A stretch of DNA of 64,000 bases from Malacoraja senta (Eukaryota): the NCBI GenBank assembly GCA_038087875.1, contig CM075991.1, positions 1,488,001 to 1,552,000 on the forward strand, read 5' to 3'. Made by a program: the position numbers and the translations under genes. The notes under the pieces were generated by a model. It was not told where the DNA came from and ran no database searches. It was given only the letters and a program-made list of their open reading frames with translations. Shown piece after piece: positions 49,653-63,249 of the stretch. How positions within the stretch are numbered: the first letter of the stretch is position 1; the number at the start of each line of letters is the position of its first letter.

Positions 49653-52374
49653 TGCGGGAGCCATTTATGCTTAGTTAGTTACTGTTAGTATATTATACTC
49701 CTATAATATACGGCCTACTCCTGCACCTATTTTCTATGTTTCTATAGCCATGTCTAGATATTTAGTTTTATATTTTGTCTGCTTGTGGGTAGGATTTGAT
49801 ACGCAGAGGGATGTGTCTACTTCTTCGGAGGCTTGCGCAGACTCAGAGATTGGGAGTTTAGTTTTAGCCTCGAGGGATGGTGAAGACAACAGTTTTTTAC
49901 CACACGAGACACGACACGGATGAAACAGTTAGTAAGAACAAAAAGTTATATGAACCATTTCTTTGTTTTGTGCTACTTCAATAAAAGACCAATTAATCAA
50001 GAAACAACGACTGGAAGATTTGTTTTAGCTATCTGCTTGTGTGTAAGCTACATATCCATCACATCCCCGAGTTGTAATGGCTATCAAAGTTGGACATTGA
50101 GAAAGTTATGAAATTGCCATGAAAGTAAAAATTGCTCGTTCTTTCTGCATCTTTTGAGGAACGTGGGGGGGAGGGGTGAGGGGAGGGAGGGAGTTGACAT
50201 CACTCGCTGCGTGTGGAACATAGAGCAGCAGGCCGCGAAGAACAGAGCCATTGTGACATCATCAGCGAGACCATCTCGTTTATTTTCCAAGTTATTCGAA
50301 TTTTTTGAACATTTTCATAAATCTCGAGAAATAATGCATCATACTTTCAGATAAGGCGATTTTTGGCATCATGGCGTAAATCTCTATCGGAATATGTAAA
50401 AATGTCATTGTTAGCGCTTCGTGTTTTCGCGGAGATGTGAAACACAGACGAACATCACACACACACACACATCCAAGATCAGAGTTTTATAAATATAAAG
50501 TTTTACTCAACTTTTGCTGCATCTCCAAGCACAAAAAAAGGACACTGGTCAATTGTTTTCCCAAAATATTTTTTGCACTTTTACTCCACTCAAAGGTTTA
50601 TGATTTCGATTGAAGCAACAATTTAAATTGATTTACATTGAGCATTCTAGTGTTATTTCTTCGCCAGGGGTGGTCAATTTGTGAAGAGTCTCCTTTAAAT
50701 ATGTCAAATCAAGTCGTGTATTGTCACCTGCACAATTATGGTGAAGTACAGCTATAATGAAAATCTTGCTTGCTGCAGCATCACAGGCATATAAATGCAC
50801 AAAAACACATAATCTTGTACTTGCGGTCATAAGTTATAGGAGCAGAATTCAGCCATTCGGCCCATCAAGTCTACTCCACCATTCAATCATGGCTGATTTA
50901 TCTTTCCCTCTGAACCCCATTCTCCTGACTTCTCCCATAAGCACTGACACCCATACTATTCATGAATCTATCTGTCTCTGCCTTTAAAATATCCACTTGA
51001 ATTACACCTAAAATTTTACAAGCACATTGAAAAGAAGACTGCAAAATAAAAAGCAAACATTAATAGAAAACATAATTGGACTAAAATATGTCCTTGGTAG
51101 TGCAAGAGGTGGTCTGTTGTGTTCCGTCGTTGAGGTAGGATTACGGTTAAAATCATGGCTTTGATAGTATAGATTGGAAGTATATAAAATTATGAGGGCT
51201 TAGATTTAAGATCAGAGGGGCAATGTTTAAAGCAATGGACTGGGCATGCTTTTTTATTACACTGTGTTGGATGGAGCTCTGCCTGGGTTAGAGGTGGAGG
51301 CAGATATTTAGCAGAAATAAGCACTTCAAGGGCTTTAAGATATGCAAGGATGGAGGGATTTGCATCACACATGGACCTCTCATGTCCAGTACGGGCTGAA
51401 GGGCCTGTTTCTGTGCTGTACATTTGCTCTACTACGCTGTACTTTTCTATGTTCTACAGATTTAAATTAACAATTTAAGTAAACCAATGGGTATCAGGGC
51501 ATACACTGCCATATAGCGATACAGCAATGGTCCATTTGTAAGTAATTAAATGATGTGACTTTCTGAGGATGCAAAAACCTTCTGATTTCATAAAATATCA
51601 TGTTCATTTAACTATTGCTGAGAGATCCTTATATAATTGACATAGACTTAGATTTGCCGGTCTCACACAAATGAAACAAAAAATTCTTGCTTGGCAAATA
51701 CAATTTTAGGGTATAAATTTAGAGATACCATATTCAAAGTCAACTATCCCTCGGGATTCTCAGTCTTGATGCAGGATATCTTACCCAAAACATTGACTAT
51801 CCCTTCCGCTCCAGAGATGCTGCTCAGCCGCAGAAGTTCTCCGGCAATTTATTTTCTATCATATTTAACTTTTTTTTTAAACTATCCATGTATAAAAGTT
51901 AATATTTTTAAAGCAATCATCGTATCTGTTCAGCGTTAATGAGCAAGCTATTTTCTGCAAATCCCATGACGTCCAACTTGATTTCTTTGCATCTACCTTG
52001 AGAATATTAGATGCATCTCATCAAAGATAACAAACATAAAAATGGATCCAACAATAATTTTGTGTAAAGTTTTAGACTATTCCTTTTTAATGTCATTCCC
52101 CATCAATTGTGGGAAATTAAGTAGTTTGCTGGCTTAAGAGTGCCCAGCTTTCAACTTGGTCTTATTGAACTCGTGCAAATGAAGCTCATCTTACATCCAA
52201 CTAAATCTATGATATCTGATACAATGTAACCAAATATAAATCAATCCATCAATAAAATTATTGGGTAATAATCATTAATAAAAGATAAAAACAATGTAAC
52301 TTACTATATGCAGTTAGTTAACTTTGCTAGTTTTCTTCTTATTTGCAACATTTGGGATATAGTTACAAGAAACA

Positions 52375-52468
52375 TCTGAAGAAGGGTCTCATCCCGAAAC
52401 GCTGCCTACTCCTTTTCTCCATAGATGCTGCCTCACCCGCTGAGTTTCTCCAGCATTTTTTGTCTACC
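52375..52468 (+). mobile_element. About 95-bp Penelope pLTR-derived mini-element with hammerhead-like core
   Basis: TCTGAAGAAGGGTCTCATCCCGAAACG..; TSD TACAAGAAA at 52364 and 52469. Confidence 0.75.
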
Positions 52469-53022
52469 TACAAGAAAGACCATGTCCTCAAGTCAAAGTT
52501 ACTGCACGTGAAAGAGAAATGACAAATCATTTGTATCAATTATTGTAAAATATTCTGCGTGTTTGATAGGATTGTTCTATAGGGAATTAATCTAGATAGA
52601 CATAACAAGTGAGTACTGATACAAAATTTGAATTGACTACACTAATTATTTAATGCCATTCCTTTAAGGTGGTATCCTGTCTGACCACTGCTTCAGTCAG
52701 TGTACCAAAAGCAAACAGATTAACTATTGTTAATGCAGAACAGCTGATATTGGCTATCAAATGCTTTCTAAAATCCTGGCAGGTAATAGGCAGATACAGG
52801 TGGGGGGATTTTTGATACCCAGATGGTTGGACAAAGGCTAGAAATAATACGACAGAGGGTGCGAGGCAAAAGGATTGAAGTGTTATGAATTGTGAAGTTA
52901 GAGGAAGAAATGTAGGTGGAAGGGGCTGGAGCAGGAGGGGAAATAGTTGTGAGTCCATGTGGGCACTGGGGAGAAGGGGGGCAAAGAAGGGTTATAAATC
53001 TTAATACTGTTGGGTTGTCAAC

Positions 53023-54560
53023 CAGGGCTCTCGCTTAACTTTTTTCCCCTGTTGCCAGCCGGGCAACCGTGGTAGCTTTTTAGGTTGCCAAATGACAGTT
53101 TAGGTGGTCATTTAAGATGGCTTGCATTACGCGTGCGATAATGTGCTCGGACGAAGTGCGTAGTTACCAGTCAGAATTATACTCCATGAAGCATTCACAT
53201 ATTATTTCTGCTTCAAATAAAGTCACAAACTAAACATATCACCAATCAAGACATGATATATCCCACAATGACATGCAGCAAAATTATAAGACAGTATCTC
53301 AACTCTTTTTACACATTGTAATTAATGCAATTTGTATTAGTTCTTTCCACTTCCAAACAAAAATGTGGTTGGATTATTCATCGTATGATCAACCTGTGTC
53401 AATAAATCCTGGACCATGGTAACATATATGCGTATGTATAGTTGTGAATGTTGCTCATTAAATAACTACAGTACTGATACTCCATATTAAGAGCATTGAT
53501 TTGCCGTTAAAATGAATTCTGTAATAACGTGTCAACGGCAGCAGTGACAATCGAACACTGCGGTTTTAATGTTTGACGTGTTCACAATTTAATTAATCCA
53601 TCTTTATGGATTAAAACAAATAATAACATTGGGAATTAAAACACATTTGATTGCATTCCGTTATCAAACATAGTCAATGTTCGCTCTGAAGCCATTTCCA
53701 GCACAATAGGGTCAGGGAGGGGGGGTGTGTGTGAATCAGTGCGGGGTGGATAGATGGCGGGGGTGGGGGGTTAGAAGGCAGTCGGTGCAGAATCGATGGA
53801 TGGAGGCAGGTGAATTAGTACGTGTAGGTTGGAGTAGGTAAAATTGTGAGGGGAGAGCACCGGGGATGTCAGTGGTGTTGATTGGGGAGGTTCAGTACGG
53901 GATGGATGGGGTAGACAAAAGTGCTGGAGAAACTCAGCGGGTGAGGCAGCATCTATGGAGCGAAGGAAATAGGCAACGTTTCGGGTCGAGACCCTTCTTC
54001 AGACTGTTCCCACCATTCTTCTTGCATGGGAGGATCAGTACAGGATGGATGGGGGGGAGGAGATCAGCGCAGGATGAATGGGGGGGGGGGGCCAGTACAG
54101 TGTGGATCGGAGGGTCTGTGCAGGATGAATGGGGGATCACTACAGGATGAATGAGGGGAAGGGGGGAAGGTGCAGGGTAAATGGAGGGTGGATCAGTACG
54201 GGATGAATGCATGGATTAGTACAGGATGGATGGTGGATCAGTACAGGATGGATGGAGGAGAAGTGCAGGATGGATGGGAAAGGGGTAAGTACAGGGTGAA
54301 TTGGGGAACCAGTGTAGGATGGATGGGGGGGGGGGGGAGGTGGCAGGAGAATCAATGCGAGGTGGATAGGGTGATCAGCGCAGGATGAATAGATGGGGGG
54401 GGGGGTAGATGTGGGGGGGAGCACAGGGGATGTCAGTGAGGACTGAATGGAGGCAGGAATGGGGATCAGTGCGGGATGGAGTGGAGGGGTCCCAGGATAA
54501 GGGGGGGGGGGTAGAGGGGGCGTACAAGAGAGAGAGAGAGAGAGAGAGATAGAGAGAGAG

Positions 54561-54602
<42 letters not shown>

Positions 54603-55230
54603 AGAGGGGGGGCGAGGTGGGGAGGGAGGAAGGAAGGTCAGCGCTCCTCGGACAACATCGCCCCGCTACCTTGGCCGTTGGGAACTCCTCGCCACCGCCT
54701 CCCTCCTCCGCCAGCCAACAGCAAGGTGTGGGGCCGGGCGGTGCAGCTCAAAGATCCTATAGCTATAAGATATTTGGTGCAGCTGCTTCAGACGAGTCAG
54801 AGCGAATGACGGGCCCCGTACAGCGGCAGCAGCGGCCGCGAACAGCAGCTCCATCTCCTCCCCCTCGCCCCCTGCCCGCCCTGATAAGGGCCTCTGCTTG
54901 TAAATCCTCTAACCGCGCTTTCAAAACAAACCCTCCCGCACTCCGAGGCCTCCCCCTCTCTCCCTCCTCCCGGCCCGTCATTCGCTCCGACCCTTCGTCA
55001 CCCCGCACCTAGTATCTTTGCCCCGCACAGCCGCCGCCGACACAGCACGTCGCGTTCCTTTTCTCCAGAGATGCTGCCTGACCCGCGGAGTTACTCCAAT
55101 TTTTTGTGTCTATCTTCGGTACAAACCAGTATCTGGTTGCCAAGCCGGGCAAAATGACTCGGTGTTTAGGTTGCCCGGCGGCGCTTTGAGTGGTCAGTGG
55201 CACCCGGGCAACCGCTAATTTCGAGCCCTG
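53023..55230. mobile_element. Non-autonomous hAT-like element inserted into a Penelope remnant
   Basis: TIR CAGGGCTC / GAGCCCTG; subterminal GTTGCC/GGCAAC repeats; degenerate 8-bp TSD TTGTCAAC/TTGTTAGC; internal minisatellite (GGATCAGTACAGGATG) and (GA)n. Confidence 0.7.
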
Positions 55231-55457
55231 TTTGTTAGCTACCCACATGAGGTGTTGATCCTTGTTTGGTTGTGCCCCTCATTCTGGCAATGGAGGCCAA
55301 GGACAGAAAGGTCAGAATGGGAAGAGGAGTTAAACTGGTTAGAAACCGAGAGATCCATTCGACCTTCACAAAAATGTGATATGATTCCAGTCTTACGTGA
55401 GAAGCTTGACGTTAACATTAACTAAGTTAAAAGGCTACCTCCTAATCTGGACAACTC

Positions 55458-56952
55458 TGTGTGGAGCCACATGAGATGGGCAAGGTCCTCAATGAGCACT
55501 TTTCCTCTGTATTTACCGAGGAGAAAGACAAGAAGGAGGAACTTGGGGCAGTCAATGGAAGTATCTTGAGAGCAGTCAGTGTTACAATCGAAAGGTTGCT
55601 GAAGGTACTATTGTGTTTGAAGATATATAAATCTCCAGAGTCTGATCAGATGTATCCGAGGACATTGTGGGAAACTAGAGAGGAAATTGAGGCAGGTCTT
55701 GTTGAAATTTACGAGTCTTTACGTATAGGTTAGGTGCCGGAAGACTGGAAGCAAATGTTGTGCCTCTGTTCAAGAAGGGCTGCAGGGAAAATGCTGGGAA
55801 CTATAGGCCAGTGAGCTTAAAATCTGTTGTTGGAAAGTTACTAGAGTATTCTGAGGGATTGGATATACAAGCATTTAAACAGACAAGGGCAGATTAGGGA
55901 TAGTGAGCATGGTTTTGTACATGGGAGGTCGTGCCTCACAAATTTCATTGAGTTTTTTGAAGACGTGACTAAAAATGTCGATGAGGGCAGAGCTGTAGAT
56001 GTTGCATATATGGACTTCAGCAAAGCATGCAACAAGATTCTGCATGGTAAGGTGCTCTGGAAGGTTAGATCGCATGGGATCCAAGGAGATAGCTGAATGG
56101 ATAGAAAATTAGCTGCAGGGAAGGAAGCAGAGGGTGATGGTGGAAGGTTCCTTCTCGGACTGGAGGCCTGCAACTAGTGGTGTGCCTCAGGGATCGGTGC
56201 TGGGCCCGTTACTTTTTGTCATCTATATCAATAATTTGGACGAACATTACACGGTAAGATTAGTAAGTTTGCAGATGACACAAAAGTGGGTGGTTTTGCA
56301 GATAGTGAAGATAGTTGTGAAGAATTGCAGCAGGAACGTGATCGATTGGCCAGGTGGGCTGAGGAATGGTTGATGGAATTTAATGCAGCAAAGTGTGAGG
56401 TGTAGCATTTTGGGAAGTCTAACATAGGTGGGACCTAGATAGTGAATGGTAGTGCTCTGGGGAGTATTGTAGAGCAGGGGGATCTAGGGGTGCAGGTGCA
56501 TGGTTCTTGAAGGTGCAGTCACAGGTAGATCGGGTGGTCAAGAAGGCATGTGGCACTGATCTTCATCAGCCAGCGTATTCAGTATAGAAGTTGGAAGGTT
56601 ATGTTGCAGTTGTAAAAGACGTTGGTGAGGCCGCATTTAGAGTATTGTCTGAAGAAGGGTTTCGGCCCGAAACGTTGCCCATTTCCTTCGCTCCATAGAT
56701 GCTGCTGCACCCGCTGAGTTTCCCCAGCACTTTTGTCTACATTAGCGTATTGTGTTCAGTTTAGGGCACCGTGTTATAGAAAAGATGTCAAGCTGGAAAT
56801 GGTACAGAGAGGATTCATGAGGATGTTGCCAGGACTAGAGGGTCCAAGCTATAGGGAGAGGTTGAGTAGGCTGGGACTCTATTCCTTGGAGCGCAGAAGG
56901 ATGAGGGGTGATCTTATAGAGGTATATAAGATCATGGGAGGAGTAGATTGGG
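55458..56952 (+). mobile_element. Degenerate CR1 RT and 3' fragment
   Basis: [36 protein letters not shown]. Confidence 0.85.
56648..56741 (+). mobile_element. About 95-bp hammerhead-like mini-element inserted in CR1
   Basis: TCTGAAGAAGGGTTTCGGCCCGAAACGTT; TSD TTAG(A/C)GTATTGT on both sides. Confidence 0.78.
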
Positions 56953-57234
56953 TATATTCCAGGATGGTATATTCCACACCTTAACCACTTGCTGTTTTAA
57001 CAAATTGTCACTTTTTTCCAAATCATGTTACTTTTGTCTTCCCTATTACTTGCGCCTTCTCTCACTGGGAAAGGTTTCTACCTACTCTTTCCATACCCTT
57101 TTAAATACCTCCAACAGATCTCCATGCTACCTCATCTGAAAACAAGCCTACCTTCTTCAGTTTATCCACATTTCTGAAGTATAATTTCTGCCTAATATGC
57201 CTGCTGTAATCAAACCAGTATTTCAACAGAGATT

Positions 57235-58552
57235 GTGTAAGAAGGAACTGCAGATGCTGGTTTAAACTGTAGACACAAAAAGCTGGAGTAACTCAGTGGG
57301 ACAGGCAGCATCTCTGGAGAGAAGTAATGGGTGGTGACGTTTCGGGTCGAGACCCTCCTTCAGACTGGTTAGGGATAAAGAAAATGAGAGATATAGACGG
57401 TGATGTGGAGAGATAAGGAGCAATGAATTAAAGATATGCAAAAAAAGTAACGATGATAAAGGAAACTGGCCATTGTAAGCTGTTTGAGAAGCTAGTGCGA
57501 CTTGGGTGGAGGAGGGATAGAGAGAGAGAATGCAGGGGCTACCTGAAGAGAGAGAAATCTATATACCACAGGGCTGCAAGGCAGGAGGTATAGCGATAGG
57601 TGTTGCATTTTCTGCAGTTGCAGGGGAAGTCAGCTTGGGTGGGTGGAAAGGGATGAGTTAACCAGGGAGTTGCGGAGGAAAAGGTCTCTGCAGAAGGCGG
57701 AAAGGCGTAGAGATGAGAAAATGTGGCTTGTGGTGGCATCCCGTTGGAGGTGGCGGAAATTTCGGAGGATTATGAGTTGTATGTGACAGCTGATGGGGTG
57801 GAAGGTAAGGACTAGGGGGACTCTGTCTCTGTTGTGACTAGGGGGAGGGGGAGCATGGGTGGAGCTGCAGGTTACAGGGGAGACATGAGTGAGGGCCTCA
57901 TCTATGATGGGAGAGGACAACTCCTGTCCCCTAAAGAATGAGGACATCTTGGATGTTCTAGTGTGGAACACTTCATCTTGGGCGCATATGCGGCGTAGGA
58001 ATTGGGAGGAGGGGATAGAGTCTGCAGGAAGCAGGGTGGGAAGAAGTGTAGTCACGATCGTTGTGGGAGTCACTGGGTTTGTAATAGACGTCAGTCAATA
58101 GTCTATTTCCTGTGATAGTGACTGTGGGTTCCCCTCATCTCCCGGTTACTTTAATTCTCCCTCCCATTCCCCTTTCTCCTCGGTCTCCTCCATTGTCAGA
58201 CTGAGGCTCAATGCAAATTGGAGGAACAGCATCTCATATTTCACTTGTGCAGCTTGCAGCCCAGTGGTATGAATATTGATTTATCTCACCAGGTAACCCC
58301 GGTATTCCCTCTCTTTATCCCTCCAAGTCGCACTAGCCTCTCATTTTCACTCTGCAAACAGCTTATAATGGCCTGTTTACTTTATCATCATTACCTTTTT
58401 GCATATCTTTCATTCATTGTTCTTTATCTCTCCACTTCACCGTCTATATCTCTTGTTTCCCTTATCCCTAACCAGTCTGAAGAGTCTCCACCCGAAATAT
58501 CACCCATTCCTTCTCTCCAGAGTTTCTGCCTGAGTTATTCCAGCTTTTTGTG
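57235..58552 (-). mobile_element. Degenerate Penelope-like element with inverted pLTRs
   Basis: SQFLRRICAQDEVFHTR..RVPLVLTFHP; 57270-57560 and 58270-58552 are inverted copies. Confidence 0.85.
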
Positions 58553-59770
58553 ATTGCAGAGCTAAGGGGACGAGATACCTGGAATATGTGAAAAGCAGCT
58601 GTTAGAGTAAGGGTGGGTTAGTTTCATTAGAGACTTCAGAGCTGAAAGATGGAGGATCGTGGGAGATTTAATAAGCAGATGTTACTTTCCATGACTGAAA
58701 ATCAGATGTGATGTATAAAAGGAAGCCAGGCACAAGCGTAGCAGCTATTTTGTGCGGATGCGTTTACAAATGGCTGTGATTGAAATGAAGTGCTAAAGCT
58801 TCGGCTCAAGAGGCTTCGGCGAGGAGCCGGAATGCAAGGCAAGGGCTGGTTTGACTACACCTGTGGTAAATGTGTCCATCTGCAGCTCCTGACTGACTGC
58901 ATGAAAGAACTGGATCTGGAGCCAGATGCACTCAAGATCATCTAGGAGGTTGAGGATTTCATAGTTTTAACAAAATGGTCACGCCTGAGGTACAGACAAG
59001 ACAGCCAGGGGCGTGTGAATGGTGTGTGAAAAATCCTTTTCACACACCATTATATCACACGTTTTTCTATTTGTTTATTACCTATCTTTCTCTCTTTTAT
59101 TATAAAAGGAAAAAAAACCCGAAGCTGTACATAAAATGTAACATGCCAATATATATTAGGCACCTTGGTGCCACATTACTGTACTTACTTCTAATAAAAT
59201 AAAAATATAAAAAATTAAAAAATTAAAAAAAATAAAGCAAGAAAAGAGTGTTGGATTAAAATGCATTTATTTTCGTGCAAGAGCCTGACAGGTACAACGG
59301 ATGAAATTGTGGCGTGTATTTATAGCCATTACAGAATCATGGCTAAGGGAGGGACAGGACTGGCAGCTTAATGTTCCAGTGAACATGAGCTATAGTTGTG
59401 ATATAGATATAGGAAAGAGAGAACATATATTTCTGATTAAGGAAAACATGACGGCAATAGTCTAGATGAAATTACTGAGGGATCATCCATCCAGTGGGGC
59501 AGGATGGGTGGAGCTGAGAAATGGGGACGATCACTTTGTTGGGAGTGTATATATGCCCACAAGTAATTATGGTGATTAGAGGAAGAAATATGCATGGAAA
59601 TTGGGAAGAGTTGCAAGAATAATAGTTGTCATAATAGAGGATTGTACCTAGCGTGATATAGAGATGAATACGAGGAAGAGGATAAATATGACGAGAAAAG
59701 ATGAGAATCTTGGTCTGCATGGACGAGTTGGGTTGAAGAACCTGTTTCCATGCTGTCTGATCCTCTAAAA

Positions 59771-60928
59771 GTGTTTCTCAACCGGGATTCCCCGACACAC
59801 TAGGGTTCAGCGAGAAATAGTAATAAATAGGCCAATCACATGTAAATGCATTTTGAGTTATTTTTGTGTTTAATTTCGTATTCGTAATTTTGTTATACAC
59901 GTACAGCATATTTAGCGACGTCTATTTAGCGAGGTAATATTTAGCAATGTCTATACAGCGCCTGTGTGAAGGCCTTTAGTGGTCAGTGGACAGCTGTACA
60001 TGATGGATTTGTGTATCAAGTGACTCACTCGAGTACGGACGCATAGAATAGAATAGAAACTTTATTTGCCACACGACCAGGATTGGTGGTAATTGGGTTC
60101 GGTACATGATGGTACACTGCTTTAGCACATTAACACTAACAACAATAATAATAAAGCACATCACAAATCACAAATCTCACCAACAATACATAGTGCAAAA
60201 GAACAGACAAAAACCATAGACAAGACACTGTATACATCAAAGTCAAAAAGTTATTGGAGGGAATTAAGTGTTCTTATTGCTGAGGGGAAGAAACTGTTTT
60301 TAAAACGGGTGGATTTTGTAGCAAGTGACCTAAGGCGCCTCCCTGAAGGGAGAGACTGGAAAAGGTGGTTTGCTGGATGGGAGGGGTCCGAGATGATCTT
60401 TGTTGCCCGTTTTGAGGTACGTTGGAGGTAAATGGACGGTCTCCATCAGTCCTGTCTGCTTCCTGGCGAGCAGGTATAGTCCCACATTCACCCATGTTAT
60501 TTAGTAATTTTTACCCATCATTTAGGGATGTTATATTAATTAAAAAAATTTAAGTATGTTTATGTTTATTTTTGGTAGTTTATGAAAAGGTTACTTATGT
60601 TTGTTGTTAAGTTTATGAAAAGTTTGTGTTGTTTTCTCACTCTCTCTCTCTCCTCCAAGGTTAGTTCTTCTGTTTGCCTTTATTTGCTTCAGTTTTGAAC
60701 AGCAGTTTGATTTGGGTTTTATTGCATTGTCAATAAACTTGGGAAAACCATTTTATTTTTTGCTTAAACCAGTTATCAGAAAAATATATTATGTTTTCCT
60801 TATGAATTTTAAGTTTATGAAAGAGAAAAAAAGATTAATAAAGATACATAATAATTTATGTAGGGGTTCCCTGAGACATGAAAATTATTTCAAGGGTTCC
60901 ACAAGGGTAAAAAGGTTGAGAAACGCTG
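59771..60928. mobile_element. hAT-Charlie-like MITE with a nested LINE tail (about 60045-60480)
   Basis: TIR GTGTTTCTCAACC / GGTTGAGAAACGCTG; TSD CTCTAAAA/CCCTAAAA. Confidence 0.7.
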
Positions 60929-61267
60929 CCCTAAAAGGTTCACGGTGACTTATCATTGTACTGCATGTCTCCATTAATAACGCCCAAATACAGTACACAT
61001 TTTAACAACTTTTCAAACTTGTCATGCACATCATCTGTGGTGTCCTCTATTCATGTGCTTCTTTTAGAATTGTACTCTTTGGGAGCTCATGCTCCCCTTC
61101 TCATGCTTCCTATTCATATGTAACACTTCCTGATTCTCAGCATGGAGTTTTATACGCCATTTATCTGACCAGCCAACCATCACATTTGAAATCCATAACT
61201 ACCTAAAGGCTTAGACATACAACACAGAAACAGGCCCTTTGGCACAGTGATACATCAATAGAGTTGC

Positions 61268-62752
61268 AGTTTCAGACTGATAGGGGGTGGGGAGAAGAAA
61301 GGAAAAAAGGCGGAGGAGGAGCCCGAGGGCTGGGGGAGGGGAGGAGACAACCAGAGGGCTGATGAAGGGGAGGGGACAGCAAGGGCTAGCAGAATTGGGA
61401 GAATTCAATGTTCAAGCCCCCAGGATGTAGACTGCCCAAGCGGAATATGAGGTGCATTTCCTCCAATTTCCGGTGTTGCTCGCTGTGGCCATGGAGGAGA
61501 CCCAGGACAGAGAGGTCAGATACGGAATGGGAGGGGGAGTTGAAGTGCTGAGCCAACGGGAGGTCAGGTTGGTTATTGCGGACCGACCGGAGGTGTTCGG
61601 CGAAACGATCGCCGAGCCTCCGCTTGGTCTCACCGATGTAGATCAGCTGGCATCTAGAGCAGCGTATGCAATAGATGAGGTTGGAGGAGATGCAGGTGAA
61701 CCTGTCGCACCTGGAACGACTGCTTAGGTCCTTGAATGGAGTCGAGGGGGGAGGTGAAGGGACAAGTGTTGCATCTCTTGCGGTTGCAAGGGAAAGTACC
61801 CGGGGAGGGGGTGGTACGGGAGGGAAGGGAAGAATTGACAAGGGAGTTACGGAGGGAGCGGTCTTTGCGGAAGGCAGACATGGGGGGAGATGGGAAGATG
61901 TGGCGAGTGGTGGGGTCACGTTGGAGGTGGCGAAACTGACGGAGGATCACTTGTTGTATGTGACGGCTGGTGGGGTGGAAGGTGAGGACTAGGGGGACTC
62001 TGCCCTTGTTGTGAGTGGGGGGATGGGGAGAGAGAGCAGTGTTGCGGGGTATGGCAGAGACCCTGGTGCGAGCCTCATCTATGGTGGAGGAGGGGAACCC
62101 CCGTTCCCTGAAAAATGTGGACATTTCGGATGCCCTGATGTGGAACGCCTCATCCTGGGAGCAGATGCGGCGTAGACGGAGGAATTGGGAGTGGGGGATG
62201 GAGTCCTTACAGGAAGCAGGGTGGGAAGAAGTGTAGTCCAGATAGCCATGGGAGTCGGTAGGTTTGTAGTGGATGTCAGTAAGAAGTCTATCACCTGCGA
62301 TGGAGATAGTGAGGTCAAGGAATGGTAGGGAAGTGTCGGAAATGGTCCAGGTGTATTTGAGTGCCGGATGGAAGTTGGTGGTGAAGCGGATGAAGTCAGT
62401 CAGTTGTGTGTGGGTGCAGGATGTGGCACCAAAACAGTCATCGATGTAGCGGAGGTAGAGGTCGGGGATGGGGCCCTGGTACGCATTGAACAAGGATTGT
62501 TCTACGTACCCGACAAAGAGGCAGGCGTACCTGGGGCCCATGCGTGTGCCCATAGCTACGCCTTGTATTTGGAGGAAATGGGAGGAGTCAAATGAGAAGT
62601 TATTGAGGGTAAGGACCAGCTCCGCTAGGCGGAGGAGGGTGTCAGTGGCCGGGTATAGGTTGCTTCTACGGTCGAGGAAAAAACGGAGGGCTTCGAGACC
62701 ATCCTGGTGGGGGATGGAGGTGTACAATGACTGGACGTCCATGGTGAAGATG
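61268..62752 (-). mobile_element. Penelope-like retroelement (RT + GIY-YIG), 5'-truncated
   Basis: MDVQSLYTSIP, QIQGVAMGTRMGP, YLRYIDD; GIY-YIG NLIYCIRC..YIGET.RRLGDRFAEH..GLN. Confidence 0.95.
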
Positions 62753-63249
62753 ATTTCTAAATTGTCTTCAGTGTCAGATAGTGCTGGTCGGTGCAGACTC
62801 GTTCGGCCAGAGGGCTTGTTTCCATACTGTACCTCTAAGGTCTAAAGTATCGTACATTGATCATGAAACAACCACTTACATCCAAGTTCCATTGATTATA
62901 ATGTTTAACTTAGCCGACCAGCGATCCCTATACATTAGCACTATTATACACCCTAGTGACGAACCCGGGTCTCTGGCGCAAAGGCAACTCTGCGCAACCG
63001 TGCCGCCCAGCATTTCAATCAACCAGATTCTACCACTCACTACACACTGTGGGCAATTTACGATGGCCATCTAATTTATCATGGAAGCAACCCGCGTAGA
63101 TGAGGAAACAACACCGTCATGGGGAGAATGTGCAAACACTAAAGACTGCACTTTAGGACGGGAGTGAAACCGGGTGAATGGTTCAGTTGCGGACCGAGTT
63201 CACGATGTGTGAGGGGTGAGGGGACGGATGGGTGGTGTCAGTCCCTCGT

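Noticed and set aside
53760..54500. Regularly recurring GGATCAGTACAGGATG units, superficially CRISPR-like
   Set aside because: Degenerate G-rich minisatellite inside a eukaryotic transposon; no unique spacers and no cas genes
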